Shown piece by piece: positions 50,340 to 62,200 of a stretch of 64,000 nucleotides of DNA. The notes under the pieces are model-generated. The model searched no databases, was not told the DNA's origin, and saw only the letters and a list, made by a program, of their open reading frames with translations. The first letter of the stretch is position 1. The number at the start of each line of letters is the position of its first letter. This DNA is from Takakia lepidozioides. Its lineage: Eukaryota; Plantae; Bryophyta. Position numbers and translations under genes: made by a program. Location of the stretch: positions 56,358,001-56,422,000 of the forward strand of contig CM060734.1 in assembly GCA_030704615.1 (NCBI GenBank), in the 5' to 3' direction.

Positions 50340-50720
50340 AACTTTGAAGGCGGTGTGTGTCCAGGTGGTGGGGGGTTAAGGTGTCGTCAACGACGACTTA
50401 ATTCCCACCTCCTATTGCCACAAACATTTCATGGAAAATCCCAAAAAACCAGAAAAATCCAACAAAACTTTCAAGCGCGATATGACAGTTCATGGAAAAA
50501 CCCAAAACCCAAAAAAATATGAATCCAAAAAAGCTTTCAAGGCGGTGCGTGTGCAGGGGGGATTAAGGTGTCGTCAACGACATCTTAATTCCAAACCTCA
50601 ACAGAATTTTCAAGGCGGTGCGTGTGTAGGTCGGGGGGATTAAGATGTCGTCAACGACATCTTAATTCCCACCACCTGAACAAAACTTTCACGGTGGTGC
50701 GTGTGCAGATTGGAGGGATT
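50340..50720. repeat. Direct repeats containing the palindrome TTAAGATGTCG-TCAA-CGACATCTTAA
   Basis: Copies near 50377, 50563 and 50640, each preceded by AAGGCGGTG(C/T)GTGT. Confidence 0.85.
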
Positions 50721-51334
50721 GAGGTAGCCTATATTATATGCGCACACAAATGCATGCATATGGAGGAATGTATGCGTGCATACAAATTTTAGATATGCAT
50801 AGGAACAATTTTATATGCACAACACTTAAATAAGGGTACCCAAAAAAAATAAAAAATTGTGATTCAGCTAATCTTAGGGTCCATAGTCAAAATATCAAAG
50901 GATGGAATAAGAATATTCTATATAGAATATTCTATATTCATTGTATTATTATTCCACATGGGTGAGTGTAGGAATGGGAGAGGAACATGTTGCTTTTATG
51001 GCTTTCCAACATGAGAAAAAAGGTCGAAAAATTAAAAAGTGACGAGGCACGGCTCCTTGTTAGATACAAATGGTACGGGGCTCTTCCAATGGTGGGAGTC
51101 TAGTTTGAAGTTCAGAATGGAGCAATGCTCAGGGAATGCTAGGGAGCTTGACAATGTGATGGAGATGGTCCGCCTGTGCATTTGGTGTCAAGATTAATAG
51201 AATTTTAATGAACTCTCTGTACATTTAAATTCTATTCCAGAGTATATAAAGGAAATTCTCCCCGTCCTTCATGTCCCCTCTTCCATGTGCTTCGCAACGA
51301 CAACATCGTCCAAACCTGGTCCCTCCCAAAATCA

Positions 51335-52232
51335 GAAATGCGGCACCGCATTTCAATGTCGGAACGGAAATGTGGCAACTGCAAAAACCTCCTTTGGAAA
51401 TGCGGCACCGCATTTCCAAAACCGGGGCAAGAACAATTTTCCGTTTCATGGTTTGGACATCAGAAACTGTTCGGCCGAACGGAAATGCGGTGCCACATTT
51501 ACATTTTGGAGATGGACATTTTTTAAACGGCAGACCCATCCACGGAAATGCGGCTCCCCATTCCATGATGCTAGACGGGAATGCGGCACCGCATTCCATT
51601 GTCCAATAAGAAATTTCGATGATGTACATGGAATTGCGGCACCGCATTTCTAAAACGGACATCGTTGATTGTCCAATTCCAGACCCTTTGACGGAAATGC
51701 GGCACCGCATTCCATCGTCCTATAAAAACTTACATTGTCCTATAAAAACTTTCGATTGCCCAACATGGGAAATGCGGCGCCGCATTTCCAAAACAGACAT
51801 CGTTGTTTGTCCAATTCCAGACCCGTGTGGGCATTCCGTCTTGTTGGACGGAAATACGGCACCGCATTCCATTGTCCAATACGAAATTTTGATGACGGAC
51901 ATGGAAATGCGGTGCCGCATTTCCAGAACGGACATCGTTGTTTGTCCAATTCCAGACCCTTCGACGGAAATGCGGCACCGCATTCCATTCTGCTCTCCGG
52001 AAATGCGGTGCTGCATTTCAAGTATGGACATGGACAAGCATTAGCGACTGGACATGCTCGGACAATTCAAGGTCCAATATGGAAATGCGGCGCCACATTT
52101 CCAATTCGAAGTATGGTAATGCCATATCAGGAAATGAAATGTTGTACAACATTTCCGTTACGACGACAACGGAGGAAAGGGAGCTGCCAGAAATCGGTGC
52201 ATGGAGAAAAATGAAATGCGGTGCCGAATTTC
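51335..52232. repeat. Array of GGAAATGCGG-nn-CCGCATTTCC palindromes
   Basis: About 14 copies with partly repeated spacers; one more degenerate copy near 53325. Confidence 0.9.
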
Positions 52233-52509
52233 CGAGCTTCGGCGTGTACATGTTTCCTTTAACTCATACATGGATTTCCTTCACCTCAGGACTCTGATAT
52301 CGCTGACTCTGGTATATTCATATGGATAGACACATTGTAGAAATGAGATCTCAAATTGTAAACAGTGGGCCAATTACGGCTGTTCTTGAACACGATGAAA
52401 CACAAGCACACAGAAGTGAGGTACGATGGGTTGTTTTATTGATCGAACACGGTGTCTCACATTTAGCAACCCCAGACAAATGTAAGCCCTTCCTCCTTCT
52501 ACATGGGCG

Positions 52510-53166
52510 TCACCAAGTCGACGGAACTTCGATAGCCCTCAAAACAAGCTCATTACTGATGCGGCACCTCGAGGTAAACTGCAATGCGGTCGATCTGGTG
52601 CCCTTGGTGGAGCTGACGACAATGTCATGCCCATCAATCATACCACCATCATACATTGACAAGGTCATTGCGGGCCTCATGTGCCCGTGCGATTCGTCTT
52701 CGCAACTCAGCCGAATGTCTCCATACACTGGAAGAGCGGAGTGAACTCCACGAATATAGTTTTCCCCGGTGCCGTCCTCCCTGGTCCACTGGCAGCAGTT
52801 CCAGCGCTAAAGTGAGGCCGTGCGTGATCTGTCCGCCATCCCATTCCAGATTGGTATATCGAGGTCAACAATTTTCAGGACCCACGGACCGCATTGACCC
52901 TCGCCCTCACCTCGCTCAAAGCGGTAATAGCCCTCCAAATACTCCATTGTGCGCAAAGACTCCCGCTTGATTCCAGAAGCGTATGTGAAAACAGAGAGCC
53001 AGACAATGATGTCTCCTAATTCTGGTTTGAACATAGCATAATCGTGGCCATGATAAGGGCAGTCAGCAGGATTTCGACGGCACGGCATCCTTGAAAAAGA
53101 GCAGTGTCGTGGCTGGAAGAAGTTCAAGCAAACGCTGCAATTCCTCAGAAACACTCCAGGGCACAT
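52510..53166 (-). pseudogene. Unknown protein, frameshifted paralog of 53449-54162
   Basis: Shares SF.RMPC.RN..DCPY, FERG, PW.L.I.D, WNCCQWT, YGDIR, DGGMI.GHDIVV and ELVLRA.EVP. Confidence 0.7.
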
Positions 53167-53448
53167 TTAAATTTCCCCCCTACAGGAACCTGCACGGATG
53201 AAGATTGGCTGCTCCATGAATGTAGCCGTTTCAGTTTCCTTCCCTGCCATGCAAACTATAGGCAGTAAGTGCTAGGTGGGCCTATAGCCACTCGAGACGA
53301 CGAAGTCCATCCCCCCTTCGATGTAAATGCGGCGCCGAATTTCCTTCCGGGGGATGGACTTCGGTGGCAGATTTCAAACTATACCCCGTGGATGAGAAAG
53401 AGGTATCGGTTCATCCACCGCTGGTGTGATGAACACGTTACACGATGA

Positions 53449-54162
53449 TTGGTGGGTACGTGTGACCCAGATGCTCCATTATTGGAGCCCGCACTGCTCT
53501 TCCGCTTCTCATCATTTCTAAAATCTAAGGGCTTCGTTGCTGTCCGCAAGGTCATTGTCATCGGCATCAAAGACGTCCTCAGGTCCTCCTTTGCAAGGAT
53601 GCCGTGCTTCCGGAACCGGGACGACTGCCCTTATGGAGGCTTCAATTATGCAATGTATTCGGCCACATCTGGAGACATCGTTATCTGGTACACAGATTAC
53701 ACAGAAGATACTAGTTCGAATGTGGAAACATTGTCCGCTTTTGAGTATATCCCAGGCCACTACGCCTTCGAGCGGGGTGACGATCTTGGTCTGAGGAGTC
53801 CGTGGCTCCTGCGCATCCTTGATTCCGATTTTCCCAGCTACGACGGGCACCCATGCAGAAGAATGCGCACTGCTATGCTGTTGCGGTGGAACTGCTGCCA
53901 GTGGACGTGGGTGGATTCCATTGGAGAGACTTATACTCCTGAAGGAGTGTGCTCCTCTTCTCCATTGTATGGGGACATTCGCATTGGTGTGGACGACGAA
54001 AACGTGAAGCTTTCCATATTCGATGGTGGTATGATTGAAGGGCACGACATTGTGGTGGGCATCAACAGGGGCGGTACAACGGCTGCAATCCAGTTTACCT
54101 GGAGGAGCCCGATGACTCATGAGCTAGTTCTCAGAGCAGTCGAAGTCCCATTGACAACGTGA
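53449..54162 (+). CDS. Unknown protein ORF (5' end unclear or decayed), paralog of 52510-53166
   Basis: 237-codon open frame; amino-acid conservation with the inverted paralog despite nucleotide divergence. Confidence 0.6.
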   Translation: MVGTCDPDAPLLEPALLFRFSSFLKSKGFVAVRKVIVIGIKDVLRSSFARMPCFRNRDDCPYGGFNYAMYSATSGDIVIWYTDYTEDTSSNVETLSAFEYIPGHYAFERGDDLGLRSPWLLRILDSDFPSYDGHPCRRMRTAMLLRWNCCQWTWVDSIGETYTPEGVCSSSPLYGDIRIGVDDENVKLSIFDGGMIEGHDIVVGINRGGTTAAIQFTWRSPMTHELVLRAVEVPLTT

Positions 54163-54609
54163 CTTGTATTCAGAAGGCACAGGGCTAAAGATTTGTTTGC
54201 ACAATCAGCACAGTAGACGTGCTTCAAATGCAATTCATGTGGATCAATAAAAACCCCATTGTGCCCTCTTTTTGTTCTATTCTGTATCCATCGTTCCCAG
54301 AATGCATCATTCCTCATTTCGTTTGGGATTGGGAGTGTGGGTGGATTTTGCAAGTGGCTGGGAGGCTGAAATGGGCCCCCATTGTACATAGCAGTACCAC
54401 CCTACCATTCGCGAAACATTGCCTTTCAATATGTAATTCTAAAAAACATTGTCGAACCTCCTTCATCGGGAGGTCCTTCTCCCCCTATGACCGTGACACC
54501 CTGAACCCTATTCCCGCGGACACTCATTTCCGGAAAATAGTCCTGCTCATGTTTTTTTCGACACTTACGACTCTGCTCATGGCTCATGGCTCATGAAATA
54601 GCAGCCCCC

Positions 54610-54810
54610 GCCCGACACAGCTTCACACAGCCCGTCACAGTCTATCACAGCCAGACATAGTCTGACACAGCCCGACACAGCTTCACACAGCCCGTCACAG
54701 TCTATCACAGCCTGACACAGCCCGACATAGCTTCACACATCTAGTCACATCCCGACACAGCTTCACACAGCCCGACACAGCCCAACACAGCTTTACACAG
54801 CCTGTCACAG
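54610..54810. repeat. 10-bp-unit minisatellite (CCCGACACAG/CTTCACACAG variants)
   Basis: About 20 tandem units. Confidence 0.92.
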
Positions 54811-55479
54811 TACATGGGGAACAGTTATCATTGACAGGGAACGACTGTGTGGGAACGACATTTGCAGAGGGAACGTGTTACTTCAGAGGTGACGGCTAGT
54901 TAGTTAGGTGATTAGAACAGCTTGCGGGTAGATTAGGTAGAGCGGCAACAGGAAGGGGATCACTTCTTGAGGAGGGGGACTTGTTCAGGAGAGGAGGAGA
55001 CGTAATGGAGAGCGGAAACAGTGAAGAGGAGATGATGACTTGAATGAGGCTTGGTTCATGCAAGCTGTAAAATTATACAGTAGGATAGAATAGAGACACC
55101 ATGGCATAGGCATGATACATGATTAATCTTAATCCGATACTGAATCGATACAAATATATTGTGTAGAGAGACACGAGAGAAGCTGTGGAATGAATGCATG
55201 ATTAACTGGAACTTAGTAGATACTGAAGCAATCTGATGCTTCAGTATACACGGGGTAAGGTAAATTGATAACATGAAGGCAGGAAGGAATACAAATAAGA
55301 AGCACAACCATGATTCACTAGCTGCAGGTCATGATTGATTGTTCTCAGCGGGCTGAGTGCTTAGAGATATCCAACTCTTCTATCTTGGAGTTTCCACCTC
55401 GGATAGCGAAGGGATGGGTGAGTAAAAGCTGCTCGACATTTCTTATGTTGAATAACTCAAAATTTTGCGGATGCTTGTG

Positions 55480-56671
55480 CAGCTGGAGAAGCGGGCAATT
55501 GATACTTTTGAGAAATCACTGCTGGACTACAAGATCACAATGACCACTCTGAGCATCAAGTTCCAATCGTACGTTCAGAAATGGAGAAGAGAGCTGTGGA
55601 AGTTTGCATTTTTTCGTGAGTTCGAGAAAGAAGGGGGCATTTTGCGCTCGTAGGACTTCGACCATCAGTATAACGGGGAGCAGGCAATGAAACGAGTTCT
55701 ATACAGGTACTACCTTTTATGGTGATGGCACTACATTAAGATGTTGTTGACGACATCTTAAAACAGGCATTGTCTATAGTGCAAATAGCAATTTTTCGGT
55801 ACTAAACACAGAATTCCATGTATGAAGTGGGTCGATTTAAGGTGGCATTGACGACACATTAAATCGGTGCCCTTTGGGCTCTTCAAAACTGAACAGTTGT
55901 ACACATCTATTTCTTGTTTGTCTGCAGGTCTTCATTGTTTTGTTGTGCTTTCTGCAATTTAAGATGTCGTCAACGACATCTTAAAATAGGCATCCTTTTG
56001 TAGTCCAGCAAGTCATTTTTCATCAGACAACGAAAAAATACCATGTGCGTAGGGGTCGATTTAAGATGGCGTTGATGACATCTTAAATAGCTGCTCTTTG
56101 GGCTCTCGGAAACAGTTTCGTTGAGCATGTCTGTTTTCTCGTGTTCTGTAGCTCTTCAATTTTTGTTCAAGTTCTTGGAGTTTAAGATGTCGTCAATGAC
56201 ATCTTAATGTGTAGTCTGCAAATCTGCAGTGTTCTTGTGGTCTGTGGGGATATATGCTCTGAGGAGGAACACTTGTGTGGATGCAGGTACATCCACTTCG
56301 TTCTTATTCCAGATAAGACTCTCAGTGATGATCCGGACTTCATTCGTGGATGGGCGAACCCAGACGACGACACCACTATGTTCACTATGGGAATTGTGAA
56401 GGACTGGGGTCGGGCTCATTACCGCGACTGCGGGTGGTACCTCGACTGCCCGCAGCAGTCTACTCCGTGGGAGGAGAATGTCTTGAGGAATCAGAATGAG
56501 AATGCAGATGCCTTGGCACCCCGGACAGATGAGGAGTTGCAGGCTAGGTTCATTGCGCAGCTGAGTAAGAAGGAGCCAGCAAAGACAGCCATCCCCTCGG
56601 GTGGGAAGAAGAAAAACAAGGGAAACAGACTGCGGAGGCAGGTGGGTCTACCGGTGATGCGTTGTCGTTGA
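55480..56671 (+). pseudogene. Truncated paralog of the middle exons of the 59295-64000 gene
   Basis: LEKRAIDTF...KWR...FF.EF.KEG.ILRS*DFD and KDW...RDCGWYLDCP...LAP.TDE match 61061-61288 and 62211-62570. Confidence 0.75.
55735..56210. repeat. Intronic array of TTAAGATGTCG-TCAA/TTGA-CGACATCTTAA palindromes
   Basis: Five copies (near 55736, 55837, 55958, 56061, 56182) within a ~222-bp tandem unit; one more near 57035. Confidence 0.88.
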
Positions 56672-57059
56672 TTCTGGGTCAGGGCCTGCAGGGACTGGTG
56701 GGGCAGTTCTTGATCGCCCACAGGCACATGATCGCATTGTGCGTACAGAGGTCCAGCAGATTTCCGTCACAACTGATGAAAGGACTAACCACAGGGCAGG
56801 GAAACGACCTTACGAAGCCCGACTTTGTGTCTCCAGAGTAGTGGGTCCGCACTTCCAACGGAAAACGACAAATGTCAGCTTCCTGCGTATGATGGAGTCC
56901 AGGAAGTCCACATTCACAGGGGTCAAATCTCCTGCATGGGACCATCTCTGCTCTTTCCTCACCCTGGTAATGCCCATGCATCTTTCAACTTTGATTCCCA
57001 TTTCATGACATTGTGGGGTGTTGGATTTGCTGGATTAAGATGTCGTCAACGACAAATTA

Positions 57060-58433
57060 ATCCACTTTGATGGCACCTTGACCTGGGAATACATTGTCCT
57101 AGATGTAATCGTACTTGCTCACTCGTTTCAACTCCAAAATGTTGTCTATGTAGCCTCTCATACCAGAGCCCATTCTTAATGCATTGATCTGATGCCGAAT
57201 GTTAGGTGGACTCAAAGTGGAGAAATGATCCATGACCAGGTCCAATGCTGCACCGTCAAGTTTAGTCCCCACAGAATCCCCTTCACTCAAAATGTGGCTT
57301 TCCAAGAAGGACTTGCTTGCGCCAAGAGCAATTGCAGATGTTGTTGTGGACGGGTTTCTCCCAAACTCCTGTTTAATCAACCTCGATACTGTCTCAACAC
57401 TCTCCCTGTAATCCCCCTTCGAGACAGGATGGTTATGGAATCCGAAATGCACACAAGCTCTTGTCATTGTTTTCAAACGGTGGACAACATAGTACATTCT
57501 TGCTCCGCAGAGCGCCAAGCAGGATGGCACAAGTTTGCAGAATTTGCAGACAAAAGTGTTTGCCGGTGGTGGGGCAGTCCCAGGCTGAAATGGATTTTCC
57601 GCCAGACCCTCCCATTCGCTTTGATTATGAACCCCTGACTGAAGAAAGTGTTTGCAATTCAAATTATCACACCTAAGGTGTCCATTGCAAACTGTTCTCC
57701 TGAAAACAAGCTTGTCATCATTCTGAATATTGAATGTTTTTGTTCTGCACCACGGGTGCCCGTCGTGTTTCTTGTCCATTCTATGCATCATGATTGTTAC
57801 ACCTCCAACTTGCGGAGGAGGAGGCAGCTCGAATAGGATATCGCCATCAAAAGTCTCTGGCAAGAACTTCACAGGCACCTGCTTCAAAGATTCCCAATCA
57901 ATTCCTCGCAACTCACTTTTGAATCCAGCCATTCCTCCCATCGCCCGTAGTTTTGGAATGACACTACAAATCTCTTCTTCATCAGCTTCTCCAACCACAG
58001 TAGGAAGGACTGGATTTGGAATTTCACTTATGTCATCATCGGACGAATCCGAAAGCTCAACGATTGGAGTGGAGGACGTCTGTTCTTTTTTCACCACCAC
58101 CTCCCTCTTGTCTTCAACGACCGAAGCAGCAGTCCCGGGCATCACATATGATCCAAGGGACTTTCGCCGAGGCTCTCCAAGTACTCTGTATCGACCAGGG
58201 CGCACTCTCCACTGGCTGACATGAGTCGTCTCATCACGGTTTTGGAAAGAGTATCTCAACAACTTCCCTTTCAAATCGTACACCTCTTTCTCCAAAAAGA
58301 TGGAGTCATTCTGAAGCTGAAAACGGGTAGCCAAAACATGTTCCAGAACAATTGCAAATCCATTGTCAAGGACTTCCTGGGAGAACGGCACTGGTTTGTC
58401 GTCAGAGAAGAACTCCGCTTCAAAGGAAGCCAT
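57060..58433 (-). pseudogene. N-terminal half of a MULE-type transposase with WRKY/GCM-like zinc finger; catalytic domain absent
   Basis: 444-aa ORF with MDKKHDGHPW...CNGHLRC...C..CKFC...CLALCGARMYYV...VHFGFHNHP; continues through TAG as DNVFPGQG and then breaks off at a palindrome. Confidence 0.65.
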
Positions 58434-59294
58434 CTTCTTTCCTCGCGTACGTTGATATCTTGCTATCGCAGACCTTCAGTGTAAATCGGTTTACTGATGT
58501 CTCCAGAACACAGCTGAAGAATGAGCAGAGAATATGGCGGAGGAAGCTCAGACGACGACTGTGCATATTCTGTTATTCCTTCCAGATATGCAGCCGTCCA
58601 TTTTAATTACTTTTTTTGTGGGCCCAGTGGTCAGAGTATCCCTAGGAGCAATGTCGGCAGCTGTTAAACCGTTAATCAGAACCTCATCAATAAACACAAT
58701 AACAAGCCGACTTCCTGGAAGCATGCCACAGGATTTGAGGGTGGGATTGCAGATTAAGTAAATGCATCTTTATACTACTACCAATGATCATGCGCACCTG
58801 GAAAGTTCAAAATGTGAAACGAACGTGGGGTTGGCTAGCAAGGATGAACGTGTATGATATCCCAAAATTTGTCATCAAACTCTCGTTCATTTACATATAT
58901 TTGTCTAAGACTGTGCGCCAAGATTTCTGGGATTCGCTGTTATTTTTAAATATTGAAACCGTTCTAATAAAAAACACGCCGTTTATTTTGGGCGACACAC
59001 GTCAGACATCAATAACTATATTGAATACAAACAGCTGTACACTAATTGCTGGCATGTGCACTAATAAGGGAATGACTATATGTAACGGTCACGCGAGAGG
59101 GAATCCGATGCTTCTAGAGACAAGCCACAACGCACGCAATCCCGCAAGAAATCGGGAGTCACTTCGTTTTTCTACTTTTCGCGCTTAGAGGGAGAGTGGT
59201 AGTCAAGCTGGAGAGGGTTCCTTCTACAATACGAAAGAGAAAAAAGTCTCTTTATTTTACTTCCCTTAGAGAGAGACGCAGAGCAAGAGAGCAA

Positions 59295-62200
59295 ATGACG
59301 AGACGTCGTTTGTTGGAGAACACAGGGCCAAGGCAGCAGGTGAACGTGGAGACTGATTCACAAGAGCAGACCGAGACTGAGGTAGCGGCTGTGACACAGT
59401 CGACGATAACAGTGCGCGTTGGAAACCAGCCTGTGGATGCAGAGATGACTCGCAGGGAAACTGATGGAGGTGGAAGTACGGGGAACGCTGAACCGGGATA
59501 AGGTCCAGAAACCCTAGAGCAGACAGAAATTCCAGCAGATGTGAGAGGGAAGAGGAAAGCTGCAGAAGGGGATCCAATTTCAAAACCTAAGAAGGCACCC
59601 GTAAGTTTTCTCTAACTTCCATTTCATTGTTGAAAGATCTGCGTAGAGATTGAGTGGAATGTCCCAGAAAGGGATTGTCGCTACTGATCATCACCATGAA
59701 ACAACGGTGATTTGCTTTTTACTCCTCTGTTAAGGGTTTTCCGCACAATGAGTGGGTGACTGACGGTACCGTCATTCACTGTTGTTTAGATCATACAGTC
59801 TGTCTGATTGCCTTTCAAGCAGTCCTTCCTCTTCCCTTCTTTAGCAGGAACATGTGATTGAAGTCAACTGAATTGCGAGCGTCGTTAACGCCATTCGATT
59901 CTCCTCATGAGATTTATGTACCTATGTGTTTGAAGAGAGAGTGATGGTCGGCATATTCAGTCATATTGTTTTGCAATGCATTTTCTTTATTTGAGGTTGA
60001 ACAGATAGAGAAGTGGAAAGGCGGTACCGCCAATCAAAGATTTGAAGACCATACTGTAGATTCAGGTAGAGTATCGATTGGAAAGTACTCTCGACATAGA
60101 CAAGAAACAGTGAATGCTTGCGACGTTCATCACAATGGAGTCAATCTGAATAATCTGCACTTACTGTCCGCCCTAAACTATTCTGAGTGTTGTTGCCGCC
60201 AATCACTTACACATATATGTCATTGCACAACACCGATCCGGCAGGTCCCACTCTTTTGTAGATCGACAGAGAAATCGCATGTGACAACAAGCTTGGTCCA
60301 CACACTATTCCGAATTCAGAGGATTGGTCTGATGAAGCTGGATGATTTTCGGACAATATTCCCCCCCAATATAATCAAGAAGTGCGAAACAGGAAGAGCT
60401 GCAGGCACTTGGTATTCTTTGACTCGAGAGGCGTTTCTGGAGTACATGTATGCGGTAAACCCGAGTCTGTACTCAGTTTACTTTTCGAATACATGTTTGT
60501 AGTTCCTTCGGTACTAATCACTATTTGAATCGATGCAGCAAGAACTGGCAGAGGCAGCTGAGAAGGGAAAATCCGAATATTACCCACTACACCAGAGGAA
60601 CTAAGGACATCAAAGGGTGTGGAAGCAGCAATAAAGAAGGAGTTTGAAATGCGAAGAACCAAATTGATGTCTGCCTTTGGAAAGCACCTTAGAATAGCAG
60701 ATCCTGGACTTATTTCTGAGTTCTTTCAGCAGATCAAATCTCACTATGACAAGCATGTGCATCCGGAGATGCAGCAGGAGAAATTGCACTGGCTGGCCAT
60801 ATCCATGGTCGACCCACAAACAAAAATAAGGTGGCTGGAGATATGGAACTCAGATCAGACAGTAAAGGACTTGAATCAGTTCCCAAAGAGCACCATACAG
60901 TCTAGCACAAAGGTGGAAGGAATCAGTGATTTGGTGTTTGATAACTGGCTCCACAAGGCTACATTTTGGAGTCAGGTGTGTATTCAAATAAGCCGTTTTC
61001 TTTTCTTCAATTATGTGATGAGTATCTTATTTGCAATACTGACAAATATACAATTTGCAGCTCGAAAAGCGCGCCGTCATTGTGCTGGATCAGACTTTGA
61101 AGGACTTGAACATTTCGATTGTTTCCCCTCCCCAAATGTTATTGGAGGCATACATAAGGAAGTGGAGAGGTCTCACCTGGAGATACTGTTTTTTCCAGCA
61201 GTTCTCCAAAGATGGTAACATTTTACGGTCCATCGACTTTGACAGTCAGGTTGGAGGAGAGTGGGCCATGATGCGAGTTGTGTACAGGTGCAATATCATA
61301 CTGGAAACTCTACTGCACTTTTTGGGAAATAATTAGGCTTCATAAGGATTGTAATCATAGATCCAAATTGAATGTCGTTGACGACATTCACTTCTTTGTC
61401 TGAGTCATTCTTAAGCGAGAACTTGAATTCACCTGGATTAGGAGCTTAGGGTGTATTTATAGTGTCCCTGGTTAGAATTGATAATGTCCCTGAATGGTGT
61501 TGACGACATTCACATCCAGAGTTGTTAAGAGGTCCTCAGAGTTATGTAAGTTTTTGTAATGTCCATAGAGTTTACAGTGAGGGTTCCTCACTCCAGTTTG
61601 TTGAATGTCAATGCAGACATTCAGTTGTTCTGCAATGCTTTTGCCTCTTGCGAGAAAGCTTGAGGCTTGATTAGCTGTCTTATCAGAGATCCAAAGTGAA
61701 TGTCGTTGACGACATTCACTTCTATGTATGTGTCATTCGCCAGCGACAATTTGAATTTACATGGATTAGGAGCTTAGGGTGTATTTATTGGTTCCTTGTT
61801 CGGAATTTTGTGATGGCGTTGACGCCATTCACATCCAGTGTTATTATGAGGTCCTCAGTGTTATGTACGTTTTGAATGTCCATTGAGATTTTAGGGAGGG
61901 TTCCTTACTCGAGTTTCTGAATGTCGTTGCCAACATTCAGTTTCCATCCGATGATTTTGCCTCTTTTGAGAAATCATTAGGCTCGATTAGCAGTGTATTC
62001 ACAAAATCCAAAGTGAATGACGTTGACGACATTCACTTCTATGTCTGTGTCATTCCAAAGCGAGAGTTTGCATTCACGTGGATTAGGGTGTATTTGCAGT
62101 ATCATTGAATGGAATTTTTTGAATGGCGTTGACAACATTCACATCCAGAGCTGTCGCGTGGAGCAGTTCTCAGAGCCATTTCATTCCATGTTTTTTTCAT

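Noticed and set aside
51335-52232. CRISPR array
   Set aside because: Eukaryotic context, no cas genes, spacer lengths vary widely and spacers repeat; better described as a palindromic TE-associated array.
51225-52297. Many overlapping 100-160 aa ORFs (EMRHRIS / KCGTAF / GNAAPHF repeats)
   Set aside because: All six frames are open because of the palindromic repeat; no sign of coding constraint.
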